Positions 11,476 to 22,721 of a DNA stretch of 64,000 nucleotides are shown here, piece after piece. This stretch comes from Lama glama. Lineage: Eukaryota. Location: positions 7,380,001 through 7,444,000 of the forward strand of contig CM052817.1 of assembly GCA_028534125.1 (NCBI GenBank). Direction: 5' to 3'. The notes under the pieces are model-generated. The model did no database searches. It had not been told where the DNA came from and saw only the letters and a program-made list of their open reading frames with translations. The translations under genes were made by a program, and so were the position numbers. How positions within the stretch are numbered: position 1 is the stretch's first letter; each line of letters begins with the position of its first letter.

Positions 11476-13784
11476 TTTTCATACATTCCATTTTAAAGTT
11501 GGTACCATGTTTTCAAACACATTTAAATATCTGGATCTTGTCATAATATCTGTTTTAATGTCCTTTTCTATTAATTCTATCATCTCTGCTATTTCAAGAT
11601 CTATTTCTGCTGAAAATATCCTCTTCAAAAAGTCACATTTGTCTGCTTTTTTATAATCTGGTGATTTTAATTGAATAATGAAGCTTGTGAATGCTGTGTT
11701 CTTCTGGCTGGAATTTATTTTTTTATTTTAAAGAGTATTAGGCTTTATCTGGCAGGTAGTTTAGTTACTTTTGCGTGAGTTTAATCATTTTGAGAATTTT
11801 TTAAGCGAAAGGCAAATGACTAGTCTTTACTTTACCAAAAGATTTCCAAGTTTTAAAAAATTACAAGATTCTTTAAATTATCTGATTCCCTTGTGTTCTT
11901 AAATCAAGATTTATTGTGTTTATTCTCCAAAGTACAGTATTACTGTGATTTACTGAAAAATGGCTTATTATTCCATCCAATTGAAGATATTTTTATCATA
12001 GTCCTTGCCAAAGTTTTATAGAAGAATATAAATGAAATTTAATTGACTACTTAGTAAACTAGCCTTGTTAAGCAAACAGACCTTTTCATACGTCATACAG
12101 TTCCTAGAAAATGAAAAGTACTGTTATACCTCTGCCACCAAGGGTGATTCTATGATGAAATAAATGTTGAACACAATACTAAGTCAAAATGAGCATTGGG
12201 TTTTAAAAACCATGAAGATTGTTTTTAAAGGTTTATTATTAGAGGGGCATGAACTGATAGTAGCATTTATTATGGAAAAAAGATTTTCTTTATTCTTATG
12301 GCAGGCTCCTCTTTTATCTCTCCTAATTGTCCTATATATTCAACAGGGTGTCTCCAGAGAAGTCACGCATAGTATCCAACTCTGTGTGACCTCTGAGACT
12401 TTCTTGGCTTACAGCACCCCAGTAATGCTTTTCTCCCTTGGGAAGATTTTATTGTCTGCTTGGTTTGGGTTTCACTCTTTGCATGAACAGGCTGGTATTC
12501 AGCTAAGAAGTCAAGAAGACTCGTTGTACAGACATCTATGACCTCCTTTCTCTAGGGCACTCAGTCCCACGTCCCATAGCTGCCTTGACCTTCCTTACCC
12601 TTAGCTCTGCCTCTTCTACCCAGCAAGACTGCCAGTCTGTTTGGCACCCCGACTACACGTCTTTCTGTAATTCCCTCCACTCAGAAAGCTGGGACGTCAC
12701 AGGGCTCACCTTGTTTGTTTTGCTTCTTCAGGCATCAGGTTTTTGCCACGTGTTGTCTAACATGTTAAAACAGTTCCTTCCTATAATTTGCCCATTTCCC
12801 TTTAGTTCGTATTGCAGGAGGGTAACTCCACACTATTTCATTTAATCATGATCAGAAGCTGAAGTTAAAAATTCCCTCTATAAGCTATTTTCCATCTCAA
12901 GTTATATCTGGTCATGTTGTACAATATATCTTATTAGTGATGCTACAGTAAGATTAAATGCCATTAAGACACTCAAAATGCCAAAGTATGACAATGCTCC
13001 CAAATTTAAACTGTGTTGCATAATTTCAGGAAGAATCTTAAGTTCAAAAAATGAAAAATTGATTAACTTTGCAAGTTAAAGTCCAAAGGAATGAATGTTT
13101 AAGATTCTGCTTCCTTGTGAATTAAAGTTCAAGGAAATTCAAGTCTAAAATTCATCCTCCGCAGTTTCCTATTTGGCTCGGTTTCAACAAAACACTCTTG
13201 ATGTCTGGCTGGTTCAAAATTTCTTCTGTAGCAGCCAAAAACCTCTCATTCTGTCTCTGCATCTCTTTGTCTCTGTCTGTCTATCTCTTTTTCCATCTCT
13301 CTCTCCTTCCCTCTCTGTTTTAGTTCTATGGCAAATTTTATCCTTAGCTTATTTTTCAGAGACTCTAAATAGAATTCACACTATTAAAGCACTGACCATC
13401 AGAGAATGCAATTTGTGTTATGACCATCTTCTTGCAAAGTTTAAAAATGTGCAACAGTTGTAGCCCAGGTCACCAGTGTTTCAAATTACTTTACCTCCTA
13501 TCTAGTATATATTTATAAATATTTCCACATCCATATTTACAACTATGTCAATATCTACCTTTCTTGGAAACTACCATTTCTCCTTTTATCCATGAAAACA
13601 ATCATCAATGCATATATTCTTTCTAGCAACATAATGTCCACTTTTTCCTAGGCATTTTAAGCCCTTTGGCCCAGAGTCTGTTTCCACTACTTCTTGCTGT
13701 GGAATTTTTCCTAGCCATTCTTTTTCATGCACAATTTAATCCAAAGCTAACTTGGTAAGATCTGGAAGGGATGAACCTGTGGAC

Positions 13785-14375
13785 AGCGTCAGAGTCAGGT
13801 TCTGTGGGGTCTAAACTTTATACAATCTGTGACATATTTTTACCAAAAAAAATATATATATGTGTATGTATATATATGTGTGTGTGTGTGGTGGGTGTAT
13901 GGAATTTCAATGACCAAACTGTCTATGGCCTCTGATCCTGCTCCTGTGTGTAATGCTTTTGGGTGGGTAAGCACAGAGTTGGAAGGGATATTCCTAGAGT
14001 CACGGTCTATACGTGAAAGGCTAACAATACTATGACCTTTCATGAAAAGACCATGATCCATCGGCATATATCCTACTCAACTCAAGCTACATGTGTCCCC
14101 ACTTTATCTTCATTTTATTTGGATCCCAAGAAACATTCATAGCAAATTTCATCCCACCATCAAGTGGGGGGGAGAGAGAGAGGGCAAGTCAGAGTCTAAA
14201 TAACCAGTGATCATAACTGATTATGGCCCAAATATCTCACTTCTGTCAATTTTACAAAACATCTGACCTTATAAACACATTGCTGGGAAGTCTCAGAGAG
14301 CTTTGGAGGGAAACTGTGCATAAGAGAGACCTTAAAACCCATGTGTCCTTAGCTTCACAACAAATCAACTTACGG
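13785..14375 (+). mobile_element. Decayed hAT-Tip100 element (Arthur1/MER69-like) with internal (TA)/(TG) repeat
   Basis: Left end caggttctgtggggtctaaactttatacaat and right end ttagcttcacaacaaatcaactt resemble Arthur1 termini as I recall them. Confidence 0.5.
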
Positions 14376-15364
14376 AGAAGTAATTTTGTGGATTCAAGGT
14401 TAGCCCCTGGCCTAAGAGAAGAATACAATTTGGAGCCACTAGTCTACTACTACATGACTACTCTTGGGACTGACAATTAGAGGTTGGGTGCCACTACCTT
14501 TGTTGAATTCACGGACAAGTCATGTGCCTATCGTTTGAAGGGAAAGAATATTGTTCTCTCCTCTATCCTCTAAAAGGCCAAGAAGACACTTTCTCTTATG
14601 GTGAAATGTTTGCCTTGCCCAACCCTGCTGAGAAAAAGCTGCATGTTCATAGCTCAAGATGAAAGCACAGAAATTTGCCTCCTCTGCCGAGGCCAATTGC
14701 AGACTTACCTGAGTTTGGGTCTAGGAACCACAGAGCAAGCATCCACCTGCCCACTGTTGAAGGCAGCGTGGGACTGGTGCTTCACAGCAACCTGCCAGGT
14801 ACTGAGGCCAAGGCTTCTGCAGTGTGTGGTCAAGGTTTAACAGCTCCCTAGGCCTTTAATCATGGTGCCTGTAATCCATAGCTTTATTGAAATCTTCACC
14901 TTGCTGAAGCTGGTGTGTCCAACATGTGCTTGCCAGACCACAGTCTCCACAGTTTAGTTGAAGAGTCTGAACTTCTATTCCATTTATACATCCAAAGGTT
15001 GTCTCACCAAACCCCATGGTCCATATATTTTCTGAGGCTCACTTTGCATAAAATAAACAAAGGACTTGGATATAGGGTGGTGCTCCTATGACGCATACGA
15101 TTGCCCTTGCAGAAGATTGTCCTAAAACGACAGAGATTAAGTTCAAATGCCCTAAGACGTAAACCAGGTACTCAAGTGGCAGTGGTCAAAATTCAACTGA
15201 AAAAAAAAAAGTGTGCTTGTCTCTCAGAGCACGCCTTTAAAGAGTCATGAGGCTTAAAATGTCACATCCACATAGCAGGCTTAATACTACACAGGCTGAA
15301 CATAACAAAATGTTTCCATGTATGGGTTTTGAACCTGAGTATCTGTTGTGTAGACCAAGCTTAG

Positions 15365-15600
15365 TGTTAGGAATACTAATATTGGAGACATAATACCAGG
15401 GTTGTAATTCTTGCTCTGCCGTTTGCTAAGTATGTGACTTTGGGCAGTTTACTTCCCTTCTCTGTGTTTCAAGAGTCTCATCATTGAAACAAGATAACGT
15501 TATGATATAGTAAGACTATATGATAACATACGATGATGCTATGATGCAGTGTTGTTATGAAGATGAAATGACTTCATATTTGTAAAGCACCTAACAAGTG
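15365..15600 (+). mobile_element. MIR SINE
   Basis: ttcttgctctgccgtttgctaagtatgtgactttgggcagtttacttcccttctctgtgtttc...tgtaaagcacctaac. Confidence 0.7.
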
Positions 15601-15945
15601 CTTTGTAAGTGTTTGTCAAGCATACATGCATGCATACACATATGCCTACACTAATTAAATATCACTCAGAGCCTGTTTCTCAAAGTCCACAGCCTAACCC
15701 ACCCAGTGAAATGAACTCTATCTCTGAAATGCAGCTCCTTCACTGCCATCACCACCACCCTGAAGGAAGAGCCTTTACCCACCAAGCTTGCTGTGTACAA
15801 CAGCTATCCGAAACCTTCAGGCCAGAGCTTCATTCTGAAGAGGCTCAGTGATTGACGTCCCTCCTTCTTTCCTTAAATCTGAACAAATTGAGAAGCAAGA
15901 CAAAGGCAGATGAGGCCAAAATGCTACATTTATTACTGATAAAAC

Positions 15946-16445
15946 NNNNNNNNNNNNNNNNNNNNNNNNNNNNNNNNNNNNNNNNNNNNNNNNNNNNNNN
16001 NNNNNNNNNNNNNNNNNNNNNNNNNNNNNNNNNNNNNNNNNNNNNNNNNNNNNNNNNNNNNNNNNNNNNNNNNNNNNNNNNNNNNNNNNNNNNNNNNNNN
16101 NNNNNNNNNNNNNNNNNNNNNNNNNNNNNNNNNNNNNNNNNNNNNNNNNNNNNNNNNNNNNNNNNNNNNNNNNNNNNNNNNNNNNNNNNNNNNNNNNNNN
16201 NNNNNNNNNNNNNNNNNNNNNNNNNNNNNNNNNNNNNNNNNNNNNNNNNNNNNNNNNNNNNNNNNNNNNNNNNNNNNNNNNNNNNNNNNNNNNNNNNNNN
16301 NNNNNNNNNNNNNNNNNNNNNNNNNNNNNNNNNNNNNNNNNNNNNNNNNNNNNNNNNNNNNNNNNNNNNNNNNNNNNNNNNNNNNNNNNNNNNNNNNNNN
16401 NNNNNNNNNNNNNNNNNNNNNNNNNNNNNNNNNNNNNNNNNNNNN
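15946..16445. other. Assembly gap (500 N)
   Basis: Run of exactly 500 N; the round number suggests a placeholder size. Confidence 1.
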
Positions 16446-16638
16446 CTTTCTGTTGATGAAGTCACTTGTCGTTGGATTTAGGGCACACTTGGATAATCCA
16501 GGACAATCTCACCTCAAGATTTTTAATATAATTACATCTACAAAGACTCTTTTTCTAAATTATCACAAGGTGATATTCACAGGTGTCAGGGACTCACTGT
16601 GGACATATTTGGGGGAGGCAACCATTCAGCTCACTACA
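16446..16638 (-). mobile_element. MaLR LTR (MLT1C/D-like), cut by the gap
   Basis: ggatttagggcacacttggataatccaggacaatctcacctcaagat...attacatctacaaagactc...accattcagctcactaca. Confidence 0.8.
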
Positions 16639-16970
16639 GAGGTCTTCTACTGTAAAAAGAATAATTCATATTTCTCTACTCCTCTGTTTAAAACACTTCT
16701 GAGCTTTAATCGTGTTACTCCAGCTGATATATATGTCACTGCCTACTGTTCTGACCTCCTCCCACATCCTCTCTGTCACTCAACACACCAGCCACACTGA
16801 CCTTCTTCCTATTCTTCAAACATCATATTTGCTTTCTATCTCAAGGACATTTACCCTTGCTCTTCTTTCTCCTTGGAATCTTCTTCCAAATATTTTCATA
16901 CGGCTAACTCCTTCTCACTACGTTGGCTTCAGTTTAACATCACCCCTCATGAGAACTTCTTTGATGGTTT

Positions 16971-17380
16971 TGTATCACTCAGATACCAACAAGAAACATA
17001 TGACACACTCAAAACAGGATACATTGAGGATTTATTTTTCCAAGAGTATAACAAACTCACTAGTGATAGTGCAGGAACCCAGAGTAATACAGAGTGTTAA
17101 GAGTTATCAGAAGCCAGAATGAAGGATAGCTTTGTAGATTCCTAGGAATAATGACTTAGAGAAAAGGGACAAAGCCAGCTCAAAGTCACCTTGCGGGGAA
17201 GGTTCAAAAAATAAATAAATATTCAGATTTCACTTTCTTCCAATTTCTATCAGCAGTTAAATCATCAAGAAGCCTGAGGACACCGATTAATGTAGTCTCC
17301 CTGAGTCAGCTTCCTTCCAAAGCAGAGCGTGCAGTAGGGGCAGGTAGAGAGTGGACGTGGAGGGGCAAACAGAAGACATC
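16971..17380 (-). mobile_element. Old ERVL-type LTR fragment, family uncertain
   Basis: Starts tgtatcactcagataccaacaagaaacatatgacacactcaaa, resembling ancient ERVL LTR ends, and interrupts the L2. Confidence 0.4.
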
Positions 17381-17483
17381 TGTCTTCATGTTCTATCACT
17401 ATGTACGCTATCATTCCTCCCTGTTTCCTTTTTTCCATAACACTTATTACTACGTGAAATAATGCTGTCTTGCTATTTGTCTG

Positions 17484-17932
17484 TGTCGACAAAAAATTAA
17501 TCAGTTGATTTAAGAAAGAAATGAAAAATTTTATCTGAGCTAAATTTAAGTATTATAACCTGGGAAGAACATCCCAGAAAACTCTGAGAAGTGTTCCACC
17601 ACTTAGAAATAAAACACAGTTATACAATTTTTTTGAGACAGGGCTGTACATCGTATGACGTATTACAGTTTGCATAATCCAGATCTAAGCCACATTGTGG
17701 TGGGTCATGTGGCTCCTTATAAGATCAACAAGGAATATTATCTTTTAAGGAGTTGTTCTGAGAATGTTCTGTTTTCCAGCCGAGCAAGTATTTCTGACAG
17801 TGGGAAAAAACTGGTCAATGCATAATGCAAACACACAGTGCACAGTGTGGGGAGAGAGGAAGCCAAAAGGCAGAGAAATTTTTGGTTTAAATTTCCCTTG
17901 CCTTGCCATACAACTATGACTTTTACTTCACA
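17484..17932 (-). mobile_element. ERV1-type solo LTR, probably lineage-specific
   Basis: Minus strand begins TGTGAA and ends GTCGACA, the same termini as the LTR at 20986-22131; near TSD tctg/cctg; splits an L2 tail. Confidence 0.8.
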
Positions 17933-18088
17933 CCTGTCTATCTCACACCAGGATGTAAGCTCCATGAGGTCAAGGCTTTCTCTATGTTATTCACCACTCT
18001 GTCCTTATTGTTTAGGACTCTGTACAGTCAGTATACATTAGGTGTTTGATAAATATTTTATAGGAGTTTAAATAAATCGACCTATCTA

Positions 18089-18466
18089 TGTATTAGTCAG
18101 TACTCTTCAGAGAAGCAGAGCCAATAGGGTGTGTACAAAGAGAGACTGACGCTAAAGAATTAGCTCACAGAATCATTGCGACTGGAAAGTCTAAAACCTG
18201 TAGGTCACGTTTGAAGGTCATCTGCTGGCAGAATTCTCTCTTGCTGGGAGGGGAATGGGGGGTCAGTCTTTTGTTCTATTCAAGCTTTCAGCTGACTGGA
18301 TGAGACCCACGCACATCATGGAGTGCAATCTGCTTTCCTCAAAGTCCACTGATTAAAATGTTAATCTCATTAAACAATACTCTCACCAAAACATCCTGAA
18401 TAATGTTTGACCATGTAACTGGGCACTATAGCCCAACCAAGTTAATATATAAAACGAATCACCAGA
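18089..18466 (-). mobile_element. ERVL solo LTR (MLT2C/D-like)
   Basis: tgtattagtcagtactcttcagagaagcagagccaataggg...ggcagaattctctctt...aatctgctttcctcaaagtccactga...gaataatgtttgacca. Confidence 0.85.
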
Positions 18467-18938
18467 ACACCACACCACCTTAACAAACATCCAGTTACTT
18501 TATTTTCAGATCCCTGAGAAATATGTATATCATATCTTCTAATCCCAATTTTATACATAGTGACTAAAACTCAGATAAATAAATGGTATACCTAATGGTC
18601 ACCAATTTATTAATTTCAGAACTCAGCACAGTCTGTACATTTTCAGTATTGATAGGAACACTTTTGAGTACTTACTACGTGCATGTTACGTCTGTTATCT
18701 CTTCCCAAGATATCATAATTTTCTGCTTTCCAGATGCGGAAAATTAGGCTTAGCGTGATTAAGTAACCTGGGCTGGATACACTGGTTATTCAACTCTCTG
18801 CCTAAAAATCTCTGTTCTATCTACCAGCTATAGATGAATCATCTCAACTGGAGCTCTTAAAAATTTTTTTTAATTTAAAATTTTAAAACTGCATTGAAGA
18901 AACGGTACACAAATTTCATGGAAAGTTGCATTTTGCTG

Positions 18939-19728
18939 TGTCGCCATATCCCCGGGTGAACTTGCCGGGGAACCCAACCTGGGTCTGCTCACCCTCTGAG
19001 CAGAAAAGCCAATTGACTGACACCAGTTTGCGGTAAAGAAAAGGACAGCATTTGCTGCAGGGCTCCAAGCAACGGGAATAGACAGCTTATTTTCAAAAGA
19101 CCTGAACTTCCCAGTGGTTTTCAGGGGAGCATCCCTAAAGGCAATATTAGGGCGTGAGGGCCGTAGGAATCATGACTTTCCTCTGATCGGTTGGTGGGGA
19201 GGTAACAGGGTGGTGTTTCAGAAATCTCAGTCATCAATCTTCTGATTCCAGCTGGTCTGGGATCTAGTGCTTGTGAGATCACCATCCTCCACCTCGGGGA
19301 CCGGGGGGTGGTCCTGGTTCCTGAAGAATAACTCAGCTATCCATCAGATTGCTCCGCATACCCCTCCTTCAGGAAGAACTAGGACTCTGTTTTATTTCTG
19401 AACTATTATAATAACTTTCCTTGTTAAACTGCTTTTCCTATGTCTCTGCATTTCCTCACTTCCCTAGTTAGTAACTAGCTGCTGTGCTTGCTTTTGGAAC
19501 TCAGGGAAGACCTAGGAGATGACAGCATTTTTCTACAAACAAGAAATGGGGGGCGTGGAGGGGTTTTTATACCCAAGAGGTCCTGCTTGGTTTCAACCCC
19601 CCCATTTTTTTTTGAGACCTCTCAATCTTGAGAGGAGCAGGTGTGGGACAAGAAAGGGAATAAAGTTTTGGATGGGGGTTAATCATAAAATCAGCTGAGG
19701 AGCTCAGTTTTAGGGGAACTTGGTTTCA
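18939..19728 (-). mobile_element. ERV1-type solo LTR (MER41-related group) with duplicated 5' terminus
   Basis: TG...CA ends; ctgggtctgctcacc...aaagccaat...tcaaaagacctgaacttccc...ggttttcaggg is typical of laurasiatherian ERV1 LTRs; cttggtttca occurs at 19586-19595 and 19719-19728. No clean TSD. Confidence 0.75.
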
Positions 19729-20511
19729 AACTGAATTTCTGACCCGATGCAAAATTCTTAGCTTCCTCTATGTGAGTGACTTTTACTGGAAAAATAAAAA
19801 ATTCTCAATACCAGTGATATTTTTGAAGCACACATAGAAGAATATTGCTCTTTTACCTCCTGAAAAGAGGACTTCCTAAGTGTCGCTTGGGAAGTCTGGC
19901 ACCGTCTGATAAACCTCTGAGTATTAGTGAACAATATCTTAGGTTTAAAAGCCAAACAAAGTTAATATTACTTATTAAGCAGCCATAAAGAAGTAGGTAT
20001 ACTGCAAAGAGATGAATTAGTCATAACCCAGCAGTTCTGCCCTCACAATTAAAATAAATTGCATTATAGCACGTCTAGAGATATAGGTTTAATATTGCCA
20101 GAGGCAGGAAAAAAACTGAAAAAAAATTAAAAAAGCAGCAATCAACAAATAACCTTCTCCTTTGACTTAGAATGTTTTTAAAAAAATGTAAATTGCTGAG
20201 TGTTTTAGGATAAGGAAAACTTTATTATTACTTACTTATTTATAATCTAATTGTTTCCCAATGGCATTTGAGGCAAGTTATAGTGAAAGGATATATGGGG
20301 AAGATGATGAAAATCTCAGGAGCAAGGAATAAAAAGAAAGAAAGTTAAAAGAAGTGGATGAAAAGGAACCTTCTTGGGGCTCAGCATAGATTGAGAAATT
20401 TTAATGAAGAAATCTTAAGAAATCTCTCCTGTTTATACTTGAATTAGTCAGCTCGGGGCTGCCATTTCAAAACGCCACAGGCTGGGTAGCTGAAAAATCA
20501 CAAATTTACTT

Positions 20512-20924
20512 TGTGAAGGAAAAGCTGGGCTGGTCTAACAAGATAACTCACAAATCTAAGTATCGGAATACTGATCTGAGTTCTGCTGGACTAACTTGTG
20601 AATCTAAGTTAATTAGTGTTGGTTTGCTGTTCATGTTTTTTGCTACCCAGCTGGGTTTTCAAAGATACATATCTGGCTTTGGAATGTTGGTTTTCTGCCT
20701 CCCCGTCCTCACTTTTGTGATAATGATGCTGCTAAAGCTGTTCCATGACTACTGGCCGAATACCCCAAGCTTGTACTTTACCCTATAAAACCTCATGCGC
20801 ACGTCTTGGAGGTGCTCAGAGCTTCGGAGCAGAAGCCCCTCTGAGCCCGCCGGCGTAATACATCTGAGTACTCCAACCCTCTGAGTGGTGCTTGTTTCTT
20901 GACTGGCCTGTCATTTCCGTAACA
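20512..20924 (+). mobile_element. Solo LTR A (ERV1-like) nested in MLT1
   Basis: TG...TAACA termini, TATAAAA at 20784-20790 and a downstream AATACA variant polyA signal; the start could be 20514, giving a near TSD tttg/tttc. Confidence 0.75.
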
Positions 20925-20985
20925 TTTCCTCAGGGTTCTGAAAGCTGGAAGTCCTAGGTCAAGGTCTGGCAGGGCAGGTTGCTGG

Positions 20986-22131
20986 TGTGAATGAAAAATA
21001 CTGCAAAGCATATCAGTAAATAAAGAATGCTGAAGCCATCAAGTCGTAAGCTGCTGCCACCACCCCCCAGTGAAGACAAGCCTGCAGCCCAGCCTCTGCA
21101 GCCACTCACAGTGGTGCACCCTGAGGGGACTCAGAATAAGAAAGGACAGGAGACTGGTCCCAGATAGCTGGGTGCTTGTCAAAGGAGAGAATTCAGTGAG
21201 CCCAAATGCTTGCTTCCTCCCATACATAGAAAAGCACTAAATTCTTTAACTTCTTGAGATGCCTGGTTTTCTTTAGATAACTGGTAATCTTTTAATGTTC
21301 CAACTGAGACAGGAAGGGGGCAGGGCACAGCGATTCAAGGAATGCTACAGCAATTAACATCAAAATGGTGACAGATTCTACCCCCAGGAGGCCTTGAGGC
21401 TCAAGATGGTGGGAAGTTTGACTTCTAGCAGATCTTGAGCTTCATTATACGCCCACTGTAATACATTAACATGGTGAATAACATGCCCACAGGCATCATG
21501 GCAGTCCCAAGGCTAGCCACAGAAGGTCAAAGAGTGGGAAATGGCCAACTTCCTGGGAATCCCAGCCCCTTCCCCAGACTAGTTAGACTGGTCCTTCCAC
21601 TTATTAGCATATGAAGCCACTGAGCCCATAAAAACTGGCAACAAGGTGCCTTGCCTCCAGCTGCCACTCACCCCCACCCCGCCCTTTGAAGATGGCCTGC
21701 GCTCAGTCTATGAAGAGCGTACCTACTTTTATTCTAATCTGGGCACCCAACTCCCATACCTCGTGGCCTTTCTCTTGCCTTTCAATGTATCTCTCTAAAT
21801 AAATCTACTTTACTCAATTGTGGCTCGCTCTTGTATTCTTTCCTGCACGAAGCCAAGGATCCACACTTGGCGGGGCACATCTCAGGGTCTCAACCGAAGC
21901 CTGGGACATGGCCCTCCTTACACCCCACATCCATTTTCCTGCATCACAACTACCTGGTCTTTGTTGTAAAGCTCCTATATATCCTGGCTCCTCCCCTACC
22001 ACTGTGGAGCAGTCCCTCAAAGCGATCTGGGAGGCTGTCATCCCAGCTCGAAGGGGTTCGCGTCCTCAGAAATGTCCGCCAAATAAAACATAACTCTCAA
22101 GTTTTAGGCTGCGCATTTATCTCAGTCGACA
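20986..22131 (+). mobile_element. Solo LTR B (ERV1-like) nested in MLT1 and interrupted by LTR E
   Basis: TGTGAA...GTCGACA termini, exact TSD ctgg (20982-20985, 22132-22135), TATATA at 21976-21981, AATAAA at 22082-22087. Confidence 0.9.
21305..21946 (+). mobile_element. Solo LTR E (ERV1-like, 642 bp) nested in LTR B
   Basis: TGAGACAGG...CCTGCATCA termini, exact TSD caac (21301-21304, 21947-21950), AATAAA at 21798-21803; the uninterrupted site is visible in sister LTR C. Confidence 0.9.
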
Positions 22132-22233
22132 CTGGTGAGAGCCCTTCTCCTGACTTGCAAGCAGACCCTTGTTGTCCCAGGGTCTTCCCTCGGAACCGGT
22201 AGAGAGAGCTCTCTTGCTTCCTTGTCTTATAGT

Positions 22234-22718
22234 TGTCAACTGAAATAAATGCACAACCTAAAGTTGAAAGTTATATTTTATTCGGTGGACAATGCTGAGG
22301 ACTCAGCCCGAATGACAGCCTCTCAGATCGCTCTGAGGGACGGCTCTGAAGAGGAAGGGGAGGAACCAGGATATATAGGAGCTTTACAACAAAGACCAGG
22401 AGGTTGGAACATTAAAAGATTACTTGTTAACTGAAGAAAACCAGGCATCTCAAGTTGAAGAATTTAGCGCTTTTCTCTGTATGGGAGGAAGCAAACATTT
22501 GGGCTCACTGAATTCATTCCTTTGACAAGCACCCAGCTATCTAGGGCCAGTGTCCTGTCCTTTCTTATTCTGAGTCCCCTCAGAGGGCACCACTGTGAGT
22601 GGCTGCAGAGGCTGGGCTGCAGGCTTGTCTTCACTGGGGGGTGGCGGCAGCCGCTGAGGACTTGATGGTTCCAGCGTTCTTTGTTTACTGGTATGGCTTG
22701 CAGTATTTTTTGTTCACA
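22234..22718 (-). mobile_element. Solo LTR C, same family as LTR B, inverted
   Basis: Reverse complement aligns end to end with LTR B once E is removed; exact TSD tagt (22230-22233, 22719-22722). Confidence 0.92.
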
Positions 22719-22721
22719 TAG

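Larger units (their letters stand above)
10445..12860 (-). mobile_element. Fragmented ancient L1M 5'/ORF1 region hosting the MLT2 and a short young L1 tail
   Basis: Antisense L1M ORF1-type text (ttttggataattcctattgctgtgtcttcaagtttgctgat; atccagtgtattttttcattt); discontinuous, ends uncertain. Confidence 0.5.
16645..18075 (+). mobile_element. L2 3' region interrupted by two LTRs
   Basis: ccagccacactgaccttcttcctattcttcaaaca...tctcaaggacattt; resumes ggatgtaagctccatgaggtcaagg...ggtgtttgataaatattt. Confidence 0.65.

Noticed and set aside
15845..16481. Two ORFs of about 206-209 aa
   Set aside because: Artefacts of translating through the 500-N gap.
20986..22718. LTR B and LTR C as the two ends of one provirus or the TIRs of a DNA transposon
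   Set aside because: They are inverted, each has its own distinct 4-bp TSD, and the spacer is MLT1 sequence with no PBS or gag/pol.
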